Program-made: the position numbers and the translations under genes
Shown here: positions 1-14,228 of the stretch, one piece after another
Layout of the letters: each line of letters opens with the position of its first letter
Position numbering within the stretch: the first letter of the stretch is position 1
DNA from: Chrysomallon squamiferum
Taxonomy: Eukaryota > Animalia > Mollusca
Assembly (NCBI GenBank): GCA_012295275.1
Contig: CM022671.1
Location: 15,624,001 to 15,688,000 of the forward strand
DNA: 64,000 nucleotides
Direction: 5' to 3'
Notes under the pieces: generated by a model
The model's database searches: none
What the model was told of the DNA's origin: nothing
The model's input: the letters and a program-made list of their open reading frames with translations, nothing else

Positions 1-66
1 TGAGAAACAAATAAACAATATTTCAACATTTTAACACCCAACCTGATAATTATGGTTTTTCAGTAT

Positions 67-116
<50 letters not shown>

Positions 117-1264
117 TAGGGCACAAAGATTATGAAATAAATAGGTAAATATTAAATAAAAAATAATGAAAAATATAATTCTTATTTTCTCATCTTTTAA
201 AGTATATCGTATTATTAAACTGATTCATAAATCTGCTTTATGTCAGAATGTATTTGTCCTCTTGAACATTAGCCGTGTGACGGATGTCTCATTATATTAG
301 TATCAGAATATAATGTCAAATATCCTAATCAAGTTTATCATTCTTATCTTCTCCACTAGGAAACCAGATGCGACAACAATTACGATTTGTGCGATATTTC
401 GGCTCGTGTTACGTCATTATGTCGAGACGGTGCTCTGATTAACATGTTGTAATTATTCGTTCTTCATTTCTTACACTTAGGGGCGAATCTATTATGAAAC
501 TAATGAAGTTTAAGTTTCAGGGACCCTATTCCAGGAGGGTCCACAGAAATAACTTCTGCCCACAATGCTTTAAAATTTTAATCCAAATTACAGATACCAT
601 TGTTAAACAGCAAAAAAACAAACAACAAACAAACAAACAAAACAAATTAATTACAAAAAAAAAAAACGGTTTTCCGTCACAGATGAGGCCCAGTGAAGAA
701 GATACCGTGGTTTCCTGATCACGTTATTGTTTGCGATGGGCCTCCGTAACATTTGAACGTTCAGCGCCCCAAAAATGCACGTCCGCCATGTTTATACTTT
801 TCTGCTATAACAATTTCATTTTGGAAATATTGGTTATATGTATAGAAAAAAACATCAAAAACCCCCCAAAACAACAACAAAAAAATAAACAAATAAATAA
901 AATAAAGAATATGGTAAAAAAACAAAAACAAAAACAACCTCATTTCTGTTTTACTTAGAACGATGAATTAATTACTTTTCTGTGATAGAAAACGACATAC
1001 AGATAATACAAGTCAAAATTAACCAATAATAAATAATTAACTAATCACTGAACGCCTAATGAAAAGATACATTAACTGATCAAAGACCCTCATCCATATT
1101 TATTTGTTTATGTAGAAATGGATTCCACAACTAATTACTTTATAAATATTTTCAGATAGTGTTAAATGTGAAATAAGTAAATAATAATTTGTTCGCCACA
1201 AAGAAGTTGTTTTGTTTTTGTTATTGTCTCGTGTTGGATGTCGAGAGTTAACTGTTTTCCCCGT

Positions 1265-1322
<58 letters not shown>

Positions 1323-3902
1323 TAATCAATCGTAACTATTTATTTGAAGGATTCGAAGATATCCGTAAAAAGGTGTGAAAATTTGGTTATTTCACAGACC
1401 TGTTGTTACTTTACCAACAGATCAGTGATAATATAATAATTCTTTTTCAGTTTTCGGTTTAAATTGAAATAATACAGATAATATTATCATTTCCAGTAAA
1501 TATTGCTGACACATTCTTCCTGACAGTTTAAGAACGTAATTAATTTAAATAGATAAATAATACCATAATTAAGATAATGCTCAGATGGAAATCAAATAAA
1601 GCTGAGTATTAATTCTGGTTTGCAAACTTTACTCAGGGGAAATTACTTCATCTCTCACAACCTTTATTAATCACCTTCCGACCCATTGGGGCCAGCTCAG
1701 TCTTTGCAGAGTTTGTACACATACCCATCAGTGAAGTATTAACTGCCGTCTTTCGTGGCAAGAACATATAACTAAAATACATTTTCTATACTCCAGAGAC
1801 ACCATATTTTTCGTATTCCCAATCTTTTTTAATAATAAAATGTTTAATATTCCCAATTTTTATTCCTTTATAAATGAACCTGAAAATATTATTTAGTGCC
1901 CCTCAAAAACAAATTGATTCGAAAATGCACATTACATTTTACGAACCATTTTATTGCTCATCTGGGTTTCAGTGATAATTAATTTTTTAATTATTTCATC
2001 GGAATGGTTGCCGAAATCAATAGACCAAAGATAAAAGTAAATATTCTCACAGAGAATATAGCCTTCTAAAACGATGTATCATAATTATATGTTAGTTGTC
2101 AATAATTAAATACTAAAATAACCGGAGAATATTTTGTTAAATGTAATACCGCTAAAATAAATAAATGTTTCTGTTTATTTAAGATTTTTAAGACGTTTCA
2201 CTACTACACCCGCACCCACACATACAGACAGACAGACAGACCCACACCCACACACACATCTATAAGGAGACAGGAATCATCTAAATATTATAGTTCTTAA
2301 TAATGTTCAAAAATTCAAGACGCTGCGAAATCCGAAAAAACAATTTGTTTTGCATTAGTTCCAAAATAAATTATTTTACTTTATTAAAAGAAAAATAAGA
2401 CAACAATAATGATGATGATGATGATGACGATGATGCTGATAAAAGAAAAGAAAAATTAATTAAACAATAAACGAAAGGATCCCTCCGTATAAATTGTTTC
2501 TTATAATACAATTTGTTCCGTTCATCAAGAGATTATTTATTAGCAGTCGATGAGCTCAAGGGCGACATAAGACTTCATTTAGCGTCTTTGGCTTGGTTTT
2601 CTCATAACAACAAGTTTAGTTTATGCTTCAGTTAAATGTAATCGAAGTGTGAAACCAAGCGTTAATAGAGAAAATAGTCGTGTTGTTCAATTCCAAATAA
2701 GGAAATTGTATTCTTTGATTCAAACAGAAACCACTCGGTGGTGATTTCCCTTACAGAAACGATCTAAGGAAATATCCAATAACTTGTAGACTTGCCCTGG
2801 GACAAAAAAATGATGTAAAGAAAATATTTTTGTTTCTCACGCAGTAGGAAGCAGACTGCAGCTCGGTAGTAGAACTCTTGCCCGAGGAAGAAGGTTTAGA
2901 TCTATAGCAGCCATTGCTTCTCGATTGGTTTATGGACCTGTGCTTTCCGGTCTATGTTTGGCGCTGTTTCATCCACTAATTTGAACATTATTAACAAGAA
3001 TGGCCGGCTACGCATAACTGTTAATATTAAAGTTTAGTTTATGTGTCGTTAAACGAAATTTCGTTCTTTCACTGGCTCAGACTGAGGCAATTTTCTGTTA
3101 TCTAATAACAGCTGGCTGACCGTGGATATTATTGATAATGTTATTTCATTAGTGATATACTATTTCTGTTTTCTTCTTTCATAAATATACATGAAAATAA
3201 AAATTCTTGAATTGCCCAGCGACAAACTGATCTAAAAGTAAATTTAAAAGCATTTTGTCGTTCGCCTGTAGCCAATAATATGTTTGAATTGCATGATCAA
3301 ATCGGAAGCCGAATTCAGCAGAAACAGAATAAAAGTATGAGAAAAAGAGATTCAGCAGAAAGAATGTAATGTGTACCAGTAATGTGATTTTCATGTACAA
3401 AATGGACTATTATGTATTATTGATATAACTTTATGAATGTTGTTATAATAAAACATATCTAATATACTTTATGCTAATATGAATATTCAGTTTAAAAAAA
3501 AAAAAAAAAAAAATATGATGATGATGTTAATCATAAATTCCTACACACCTAAATACAGTTAATAACTACAGTTTGAAAAAAGAGGGGAAAAAATGACTGT
3601 CTATTTGAATTCAGCCCACAACATTGTGTTTATTTTTAGAGTTTATTCAGTCTTCTCTGAAATGATCATTAGCGTTTTTTTGTACATTTATTTTAAAGCA
3701 GTTTGAATTAATTCTTAGTTTTCTTCAGACAGAATGTCTCGTTTCTTATTTAATTATTCCTCAGTGGAAACCACGCTTCTTTAACGGGAACCAATGCCGT
3801 TATTTAATTCGGAATAAAACAAATACATTTATGTAAGTATGAATGTGCACGAGTGTGTGTGTTTGTCTGTGTGTGTTTGTGTGTGTGTCTGTCTGTCAGT
3901 GT

Positions 3903-3944
<42 letters not shown>

Positions 3945-3993
3945 TGATAGCTATTAAAGATCTTCTGATATATGTAACAAAGACAACTGAAAA

Positions 3994-4189
3994 ACTTAAT
4001 TAACTAATCTGAATATACAGTGGTCACGTTGAAATTAACTTTCTCCAAGTGTCGCAAATAAGACAGAACATTTTCTTCACTGGCCAACAAATCAATATCT
4101 GAAGATCGATTGCCACCAATACTGACAAGCCAGTTTGATCTAATTTAACGTTTCAGATTAGATAAACGAAATATTTTAAAAGCTTTTAA
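3994..4189. repeat. ~195-bp dispersed repeat, copy 1 (inverted relative to 6758-6956)
   Basis: Aligns by eye to the reverse complement of 6758-6956, for example tcactggccaacaaatcaatatct and gccaccaatactgacaagc, with scattered mismatches. Confidence 0.9.
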
Positions 4190-4642
4190 GAAATACCCAC
4201 ACAAAATTTAGTCTGGAATACTATCGATATTCTTTTAGCCCTGTATAATATTGATATTAATTTATTCATGAATACTGAATCATTTTATCTTAGAATAATA
4301 TTGATTTTCCTTATCTAAGAATAATATTGGTTTTCATTATCTTGAATAACACTGATATTATTTTTTTTTGTCTGGATAATACTAATATATTCAATGTTAT
4401 TTTACTGATGCATAATATTATAAGCCAAAAATATTGATATCATTTTATCTCTGAACCTTAATACTGACATGATTTGATTCTTGGATAAAACTAATGTTAT
4501 TTTATCCCGTTCAGTAACAGAGGTACATTTTCCACTGGTTCTTCTTGTAATGACGTCTTTGATTATTGTCTGTATCAACGGTCCAAAACTTTGATCTGCT
4601 TCCGCGTAGTGATGTGATCTTACTGAATGTCACTAACATACA

Positions 4643-5143
4643 TTTTAAACAATAAAAAAGATATCTTTTCTACATTTACATTATAAACTACGAAGAATCT
4701 TTCTGTTCTTCATTCACTAATCTATTTTTCCATTATAAACAGTTAATAACCTCTTGTTTGTTCATTTACATTTCAAACATCGAAGAAATCTTTCTTTCTT
4801 TTTTCACTCACTAATCTACTTTTACACTGTAAAGAACGAAGAATCCCTCTTTTCTTAATTTACTAATCAACTTTTACATTTTAAACAACGAAGAATCTCT
4901 TTTCTTCATTCACTAATGCACTTTTACATTTCAAACAACGAAGAATCTGTTTTCTTCATTCACTAATCTACTTTTACATTTTAAACAACGAAGAATCTCT
5001 TTTTCTTCATTCACTAATTTACATTTTCATTTTAAACAACGAAGAATCTCTCTCTTCTTCAATCACTAATTTACATTTTCATTTTAAACAACGAAGAATC
5101 TCTCTCTTCTTCAATCACTAATCTATTTTACATTTTAAACAAT
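4643..5143. repeat. Minisatellite, ~50-52-bp unit, about 10 copies
   Basis: Repeated ttttaaacaacgaagaatctctttttcttcattcactaatctacttttaca; unit starts near 4881, 4931, 4981, 5032 and 5084. Confidence 0.9.
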
Positions 5144-5818
5144 GAAAAGCCGCTAATAAAATGGACTGTTCTTCAGTGTCTTAATCACAAGCTGATAAAA
5201 AAAAAATATATATATATATTTTAAATCTTTCATTCCTGAATGTTTTAAAAAAGTCACGTTAATTTTAATATGAACAGGTACAGAGATAGATGGATGGATA
5301 TATAAAGAGATAGATATTTATTTATTCGTTTATTATCTCTACTACTTCTTTGAGAGTAAATGGTAAACTATTTACTACACAAAAAGAAATAAAAATAACA
5401 TTTTGTGTTTTTACAGATTTTTACGAAGGACATCCTATTTCGAGACAGCTATCAATATAAATATAAGTAGCTAATGTTTTACAATTATTTATATCAAACA
5501 CACACACACACACACACACGCACGAACACACTCGAAGGTAAAAATGCTGATATAGTAAGACACTAACCAGTTATTCCCTATGTCCTACAGTCCTAAATAA
5601 TATCGGAAACACCGTGAAATTAACTACGTGCAGTGATTGCAGTATTGTAGACGAATACAATGCAGTTCGAATAATAATAATAATAATAATTTTTTAAAAT
5701 ATATAACAGTAGAATTAATTATTAATAACTAGAAATTTGACTGTAATTTATTAAATAATATATATAGAATTTGTTTTATTTTATTATTATTTTTATTTTT
5801 TTACTTGTATAAAAATAT

Positions 5819-5855
<37 letters not shown>

Positions 5856-6036
5856 CTAGATGATTAAGTGCCAGTCTTAGAAATAATAATTTGATTAGGG
5901 AAGTCTGACACGAATATAAAGAAATAGTGTTTGTCTCCAAAGACTGTGTGGTATTAATATGAAAATAACGTGGACAATTATATACAGATTTGATTTTTAT
6001 TTGTATTTATTATTATTATTATTATTTTTATTTTTT

Positions 6037-6072
<36 letters not shown>

Positions 6073-6757
6073 CGTGTTTGGAAGTCAGTCATTCAAAAAT
6101 AACGAGTTCGCATTATTAGATTTAAAATCAGTAATCAGAGACTAAGAAATGACAATTGCATAATATAATCACATGATCAAAGATTACGTAATCAAATTTA
6201 AAAAGAAATTGAATTAGCAGTGTTTGAAAGTAATAATTATATTAAGTAATACTGAAATAATGAATGACGTTCTATAAACATAAAGTAAATACTGTTATTT
6301 TGTTAACAAATAATGGAATTTATGAAAGAAAAAAAAATGTTTTAAAACTGTAAAAATCTACTGCTAGAAACCTTTAGTAAAATATTCCTTGTGTTCTAAT
6401 ACGAGCTCAAATCAATAAGAAAATAAAAACCAAAACGGATTTTCTTCCTGTTCCCCATCAATAGATGTATTATTTGATAGATGGACAAATAAAATTCTAA
6501 ACCAGCTTACCGTTAAAAAGGAGATTCCCCCCCCCCCCGAACGACTATAGCAATGTACTGTATTGATAATGTTAATTTGGAAATAAGGAATAGCTTGCCT
6601 ATAATAAGACTAAATATTTATTTATTTATTTATTTATTTATTTATTTGTTATTAATATTGTTACTTACTAATTTTGTTTTGGCCAAGGCTTTTATAAGAA
6701 AGTCAAAAATAATCTGAGCTAAATTTTTCTTCCATACAGATTTACGTGCTTGCCACT

Positions 6758-6956
6758 TTAAAAGCTTTTAAAGTATTTCGTTTACCTAATCAGAAACGTT
6801 AAATTAGATCAAACTAGCTTGTCAGTATTGGTGGCGATCGATCTTTAGATATTGATTTGTTGGCCAGTGACGAAAATGTTCGGTCTTGTTAGTGATACTT
6901 CGAGAAGGTTAGTTTCAACGTGACCACTCTGTATATTTTGATTAGTTAGTTAAAGT
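6758..6956. repeat. ~195-bp dispersed repeat, copy 2 (inverted)
   Basis: Reverse complement of 3994-4189. Confidence 0.9.
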
Positions 6957-7005
6957 ACATAATCACTATATATAATTCAGAAAATCTACGTATGTACCAG
7001 GCAGT

Positions 7006-7007
<2 letters not shown>

Positions 7008-7104
<97 letters not shown>

Positions 7105-7126
7105 CACACACACACACACACACACA
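7008..7126. repeat. (CT)n/(CA)n microsatellite
   Basis: Directly visible. Confidence 0.95.
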
Positions 7127-8324
7127 ATGCTAATGGATAACATGAACAAGAGATAATTAAGTATACAAATTCACATACATGTCCGCCATAGTAAATCTAA
7201 GTTACTGTTCAGTGAAAAATACAAATATGAATAAGTCTGACCTCGTGAATATTGATCTTGATCTAATTTGACAACTGTTTTATTCTTTTTATTTTCATTT
7301 ATTTTTTAACTTTATCTCCGGACTGGAGATTAAGCTGGAAGAACTGGAAATTACTGAGCTGAGTTTTCTACAACAGTTGGGAAATATGTATTAGTAACAA
7401 ATAGGATATGGTTGCTGACTGATACCAGAAAATTACTGAGCAGAGTTTTCTCCACAACAAATGGGAAATACATATTAGTAACAAATACGAACCAGAAATC
7501 TGCAAATATGGACACGGTGTTGTGATCAAGGACGGATTTGTTGTCAAATTAAATTTGTTAATCAAGAACGGTCTAAGAAGTAATTTCAGTCAACATTTCT
7601 TCAAAATTTTAGTCCAGATCTGAGATGCCGTAAATTTATAAATAAAAATAAATAAATAAATAAATAATAAAATGTAGTGTGATCTGTCATGGAATTGTTA
7701 CCCAGACCTCGTTGCTGCCTGCGAAGTCCACCAATAAACGTTCAAGCTTCAAGAACAGAATGCAAAACATAGGTCCGCCATTGCTCGTCATCAGCAAACA
7801 ACATGTTAAGCATGTTTGTACCTTCTTCATGGTAATAATCAATAAGGAGTAAGTCAAAAGAGGTAATGAAAACAGCAGTTTCTTAAGATAATTAAAAAGT
7901 CTGCTACGGTAGATTACTTTAAGGGATGTAAAAACCGTCATTTGCCTTCGAACATTTCATGTCATCACGATACAGAAATAAAAATGAACAATAAAATGAA
8001 TAAAGTTTCATTGTTCTGCTCAGACAATACCAGCAACTTTTGTTGTCTTCTACTTTATGGCAACACGAAAAGAAATAGTTGAAACCGTTATTATTTATAA
8101 TGACCAAAAGAGGATATTATAAATTCATTAGATATAAACAACAGGATATTGGGCTATATTCATTACAAAATTCACTAGATTTAAAACCATAAGAAATGGC
8201 TGAAAAGCAGAGTGAGACAATATTCTACCAGATTAACCTTTTATTAACATTTTTTGCTTGTGTCAGTGTCACAGATATAGCTGTATATTCTTTCTTTTCT
8301 TGTAGATTTACATCAAAACAAAAC

Positions 8325-8497
8325 CAGAGTCATCTTAAGGCATGGGAACAATGAGCAGTGGCTCTGGGCCCCCATGTGTCTACAGTGCCAAGCAATCCGT
8401 ATATGCTGTGAGTAATACATGTTTCGTAGTTGCGTGTATGGGAGATTCCAGTGTGTTTATTTGCCCAGGGGACTATAACACGGTTAAGATGGCCTTG
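8325..8497. mobile_element. Non-autonomous hAT-type MITE (173 bp)
   Basis: Imperfect TIRs cagagtcatcttaa / ttaagatggccttg, flanked by a perfect 8-bp direct repeat aacaaaac (8317-8324 and 8498-8505). An 8-bp TSD is typical of hAT elements. Confidence 0.75.
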
Positions 8498-9459
8498 AAC
8501 AAAACTAATCATCGGAGGTTATAACTTTAATCTTAGAAATCAGTGAAAGGTAGGATGTTTTCTTTTCTTCCTCTCTGTTAATTCGCCTTAAAAAATTTGT
8601 TTACGTCAGCCAGTGTCAGAATCTAATTTAGAGAAAACTGAAGATGAGTACAGAAAGTTCGTGTTATTCCAACTCGTCTTCTTTTTTTTTTTGGTTGACA
8701 GTTCAGTCATCAATCCAATTCTTCCAGCTGTTTTTAGCTGGTTTTAGCTCAGAATTCAAATATCAAGGAATGTTAGATGAGCGGCCTGTAACTCACTGTC
8801 CACAGAATATCGACTACATGAGTTCGGTTTACTGTTTCTACCTAGTGTTGTTAGATGATAGCTGTGGTTGCGGTTTTCTTCTCTAAATTCAGTATTTGTC
8901 TGACGCCTGATGTATGAATTTGTTTAGATATTAAACTAATTTTTCTTTTCTTTTTTTCTGAGAATTTTGTTTCTCAGTTTTTAGTTTACGTTTGAAAACT
9001 GTAAATTTACAGAATTGTTTATCTATTTATTTTAATTAACTAATTTATTTATTTATTTATTATTATTATTATTATTGTTGTTGTTGTTGTTTTTATACAG
9101 GAAATACTTTTTTTTTTTTTCTGATGGCAACAATTTTCATTGTTAAAAATATATTTATAAAATACTAATCTTTTGTTGCAGCCAAAAAACACTTGGCAAT
9201 TTCCTTTTGGCCTGTCTGCCTAGATTTTGTGCAAGGCGTGATTTTCGTCCTACTTTGAATGTTCAGTTTATGCGGGAACATTTCAACACGCTACATTTTA
9301 ACCGGTATTTCAGGCACAATTTATCATTTAATAAAGCTTAAGAATAAGACGTGTTAAATCTGTCTAAGTGAAATCAGAAATAACGCAAGTGCTTGATCGA
9401 TAAGAAAAATGTTCTTTAATTGAAGAGCCAACGGACAAAATTAATGAATAAAAAAAAAG

Positions 9460-9503
<44 letters not shown>

Positions 9504-10693
9504 GAAGAGAAAAAGACAAAAAAAGAAGATAATATCTCAATCATCCACGCTGAACAATTTCACGAAAATGTAGATGCAGAAATCAATTTGTTGTATTTGT
9601 GAAGGCGACCGGCAGCAGAAGATAGGATTTCCCTCAGACTGTAAAATTCTGAATACGTCTTTGTCACAAAGCGCAGAATTACCTCGCTAATTCGTGTAAA
9701 GAATCATTATTTCTAACCGAAGAATGTACTTTTGTAAAATCTTTAATTTTTTATCAAGTTCCTCGAATGAACAACAAAATATTTTACAAAAAAAAAACGA
9801 AGAAAAAAAACGAAATTGGAGTAGGAAAAGATGTAAATTGGACTAAAAACATTAAATCGCTGTGGTGATTATTGCTTTTATCTGAGTAAACAAACTGAAA
9901 TAAAAATAGTTCCTGTAATAAGCAGATATTTCGTTATTAAAAAACATATGTAAACAGATGTGATAAGGACATATATTTTATTCTCTTTAGGCGTTTTACG
10001 TTGTAAGCACCCAGCATTCTGACTAGTTCTTGTAAAAGTGTATCTACTAAACAGCTAATAGTGACTGTGTATTTCTGTTTTCAGATGCATTTGCATTTAC
10101 ATTAGCCTGTTTCTGCTAATAAAACTGTACGGCAATAAAAACAAAATTCGCTATCTGAAAATTTCACGGAAGCCGCCATTTTCTCCCTTTTGGAGTTTCT
10201 TCTGTGACGTTATCGCGTACTGATAAAAAAAAAATATACAAAAAAAAATAAATAAATAAAACAGTAAAAAAAAAGAAGAAAAGAAGCCAGTCAAGAGAGC
10301 GAGAGAGAAACACACACACATACACACAAACACACGTATGTATAATATATATGTCTAATGTAAATATAATTAAACTTTCCTAATCTTTTTTATTTATTAT
10401 TTTTGATGTACCTTTCATGTATTAATGAACTGTACCTTAAATGCAGCGACAGTGAATCATCAAGCATATAAAGAAACACCCACCTAAGAATGGCTAACTC
10501 ATTCTTGGAAATATATTGGACAGCCCAGTCATTGTGTGAGTATTATAAAACAAAGAAATATTAATAATAATAACAAGAATAATAATAATAATAATAATAA
10601 TAAAATGTATGAAACATCCAGTTTTGAGCGCCTTCGATCGATCAAGGTCTACTTTGGAAAATTTTAAAGAGAGTTGTTGTTGTTTTTTTGATC

Positions 10694-10747
<54 letters not shown>

Positions 10748-11739
10748 AATTGTGTATGTCAGGCTTTTGTTATTTTATAAAGCCCAGTCATAAAAAACGT
10801 TCCTAAAAAAACAGTATGCCATTAGCTGAGTTCAAGATACCGACTCACAATTCAGTTCATTACAGTATAATAACATCACCACAGCGATTTTCACTTTCCC
10901 ATTACATTATTTACATCTGTACATATTTTTAAAGCTGTTTATTTATTTATCATTCCAATTAGCCGAATGAGACTGAACATGTAAATTATTAGCAAACTAA
11001 TTACTGATATGAACGCAGAAGCATTGTTAGTTGAGAAAATAATATAAAAAAACAGACAGCCTGTTTTCTGTCAGTGTTTAAATAAATAAATAATATTTTT
11101 AAAAATAATATATTTATTTTTTATTTTTTTTTTTTTTTTTATTATTATTATTATTTTTTTTTTTTATTATTTTTTTTTTTTCCCCCTTGTGAACGGTGAT
11201 TTCGTATCAATACACATACACCATCGACGGTAACACTATCATTTAGCCCAGCAAGAGTATCAAGAGATGTGATTATAAAGGCATTAGTCCTATCATAAAA
11301 TTAACGTGAGACAGCCCACGAAGAGAAAGTAATAAAACGCCACTTAGCGACCCGTGTCGGAACATCAAAGGTTGTTACCGCAATATCAGCAGAAATTAAC
11401 AAACAGCCATTCAGAAAATTAATATAACTTAATTAACAGTTAATAACTTGCTTCAGTTTTATAGCACATATTCGGAATACAAATTACAACTATGTTTAAA
11501 AGTAAATGTTGTTAGATTTTAATCTACGACTTCCGTATAAGTTCGTGCGCATGTCCGACCTACTAATTTGGTAACCGTTGCTAATCAAGTCGTTACCATT
11601 TTTGCCAGTAGGGACTATAATCGGTATCCTTGGCTAGGATTGTTGGGTTTTGCCGATTTCGACATATGAAAAATGACGCGAAATGTCAGGTCTTGCTTAA
11701 ATAGCAGAATCCAGCGTAATGAAAAAAAAAAAAAAAATA

Positions 11740-12548
11740 CCGTATATACTTGTGTACAAGGCGACCTTATGTATAAGTCGATGTGTATTTTAAGACCAAA
11801 AATTGCGCCATTTTAGGTATTACTTGTGTATAAGTCGACTGTAGATTCCAGGCACCGTCACTATTTTTAGACCAGTGTGACAGTGCCATGAAGGCCTACA
11901 TTGTACGCCTACTGTAACATAACTTGCACGAGCTGTAACTTGCACGAACATACCATAATAACGTAAATGCATGCATTACACGAGCTATAGCCTAAATGTA
12001 TCATAAATAGTATCTCTTTAATGTAATAGGTCTAACATGGAGACCTAACTTACCGTTATATTTAGCCGTTCTGTGATTTACAAAATTTGTCGGTAGTGGA
12101 TATTAATGACGATTGCAATATTATTTCACCAAATTCTTTACAATTAAACAAGTGAGTTTTGTTTATGAAATTAGGACCGATATTTAGTGCAATTTGTCAG
12201 AGAAGTCTGCATTCCTAGATCACTGCAAGACGCCGTAAGGCATAACGCCGTACTGACGGTTTTCTCGCTTTAAAATGTATTTTTATGTCATTAAACGGAA
12301 GAATATTATGTTTTACCTTCATATTTGGTTTTGTTATTTAATTTTTCAAAATTTTTTATACGATAAAATTATATTTTTGAAAAGCTGAAAGACCGCGATT
12401 ATTTTAGATGCATCCCATAGCAAAAAATAGTCAAAATGGCGACTCTTCGGCAACAGCTACAAAAGCATTACCTATGTATAAGTCGACCCCCCAAAAATTA
12501 CTTTAATATAGTCTCCCAAAAATTCGACTTATACACAAGTATATACGG
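11740..12548. mobile_element. Non-autonomous Tc1/mariner-superfamily (Tc2/pogo-like) MITE, 809 bp
   Basis: ~25-bp TIRs ccgtatatacttgtgtacaaggcga / tcgacttatacacaagtatatacgg with 2 mismatches; TA on both flanks (11738-11739, 12549-12550); subterminal tataagtcga repeats; no transposase ORF. Confidence 0.9.
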
Positions 12549-13778
12549 TAAACCGTTGTGAATTTTATTGTTTCTAAGACACTTTTCAGAGAATGGAAAG
12601 AAATAAACCTGTTTTGTGTTCTGTTATAAAATAAACGTATACGTTAATAGCACTTTCAAATAAATATTAATATATGAAACTGAGTGTTAACGAATTACGT
12701 ATGCGCAAAACAATGTCTAAAGGTGATGACGTCGATACAGGATCAAGCGTACATGTTAGTAATAACAGAAATGTCAGATGAATTCAAATAATTATTTCAG
12801 CAAAGCGAATCTCTCACAACAATAGTAGTAAAATTTGAAAAATAATAATAATAAAAAATATATAAATAAAATGATAAAAGGGGAAAAAAAAAAAAATAAT
12901 AAATCGCCCGAGGGGAAAGAAAAGAAAAAAGAAGAAAAAAAAACAAAAAAAAAGGAAGAAGAAAAATACTTAAAAACACTATACGTTTCAAATTTATAAG
13001 AAGAAAATGCTATGACAACTGATACTTGTAAGAAGAATATCTGTTAAATCCACAATTACCGACTATTAATAGAATGCTAAGTTGCTGTGTCAATCGTTAG
13101 GTGTAACTGTTTCTCGAGAGAGTAAACGAATTGGCTACATCCGCCGAAACGTGCGGAATCGATAGATCTGTGTTTTGTGATTCTTCCAACGTCTGGTTTG
13201 GAAAGTAGTATTTATCCTTTTCAATTTACACACTTTTGGCAATTACTTTTTACAGAGCATCTGGGGATCAGAATCGTTTTTCAGATGTGCTTTATCATTA
13301 ATGGTTGGATGGTCTGAACGGTGTTAGGTTAATTTCAGCTATAATATATTATGAGAAAGAAACAGATGACGAATCTCAGCTACTTTTTTCTTCTTTTTTT
13401 TTTTTTTCTTTAAGATGTTTTTAATATGCTGTGGGTTTTATTGTATAGCTATTGTATTTTTCTTATAAAATTAAAAAGAAAGAAAGAAAAAAATGTAAAG
13501 AATTTAATATATTTAGATATAAAGAACATGGACTATTGTATTTAAATCGACAATCGACAGATGAAACAAATAAAATATTTATTTACAAAATCACGTTCTT
13601 TGTGTATGTACGAGACTGCAGACTGACACAAATATGCCTGACGGCTAAAGAAGAATTTAATTTCCTGGAAACCAGACTGTCGAAGGGAAGGTTTTTATTT
13701 ATATAGTTTCTTTTTTTATTCGACTAGAACGACAACAACAACAACAATTTTAATTTTCTTTATAAATTATATTAACAA

Positions 13779-13820
<42 letters not shown>

Positions 13821-14228
13821 TAATAATAATAATAATTTAAAATTAAAAATTTAAAAAAAAATATGTGTAATGAATTAAAATTAAAAATAAAGAATACACA
13901 ATAAATAATAAAGATAATAAATTATTATATTCAGTTAAATTCCTTATTATCTTATTGTAAAAATGGGCTTCTAGTAACATCATGTAAGCATTCTAGCATT
14001 ATGGGACAAAGATATAAAATACCACTAAGCTACATCAAAACTGATAATTTCTGTTATTTCTTTTATAATTTTTTCTTAATATTATCATTCTAAATTCCTT
14101 TTAAATATCTGACACTCTGTCAGCAACAAACAGCACTTTGAAAAATCTTTGTACCGCGCTTGAACTTTCTTTGGAAATAATACAAAACCCTGGAGAGTTT
14201 CTAACAAGGTTTTACACTTAACTTATGC

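Noticed and set aside
680-750. Hammerhead-ribozyme-like motif (cagatga ggccca...tgggcc tccgtaac)
   Set aside because: The core deviates from CUGAUGA and GAAA; only a short stem is supported.
7687-7870. Minus-strand frame with an internal TGA (possible selenoprotein exon) and the 84-aa ORF
   Set aside because: No similarity to any selenoprotein or other family I recognise, and no SECIS element identified.
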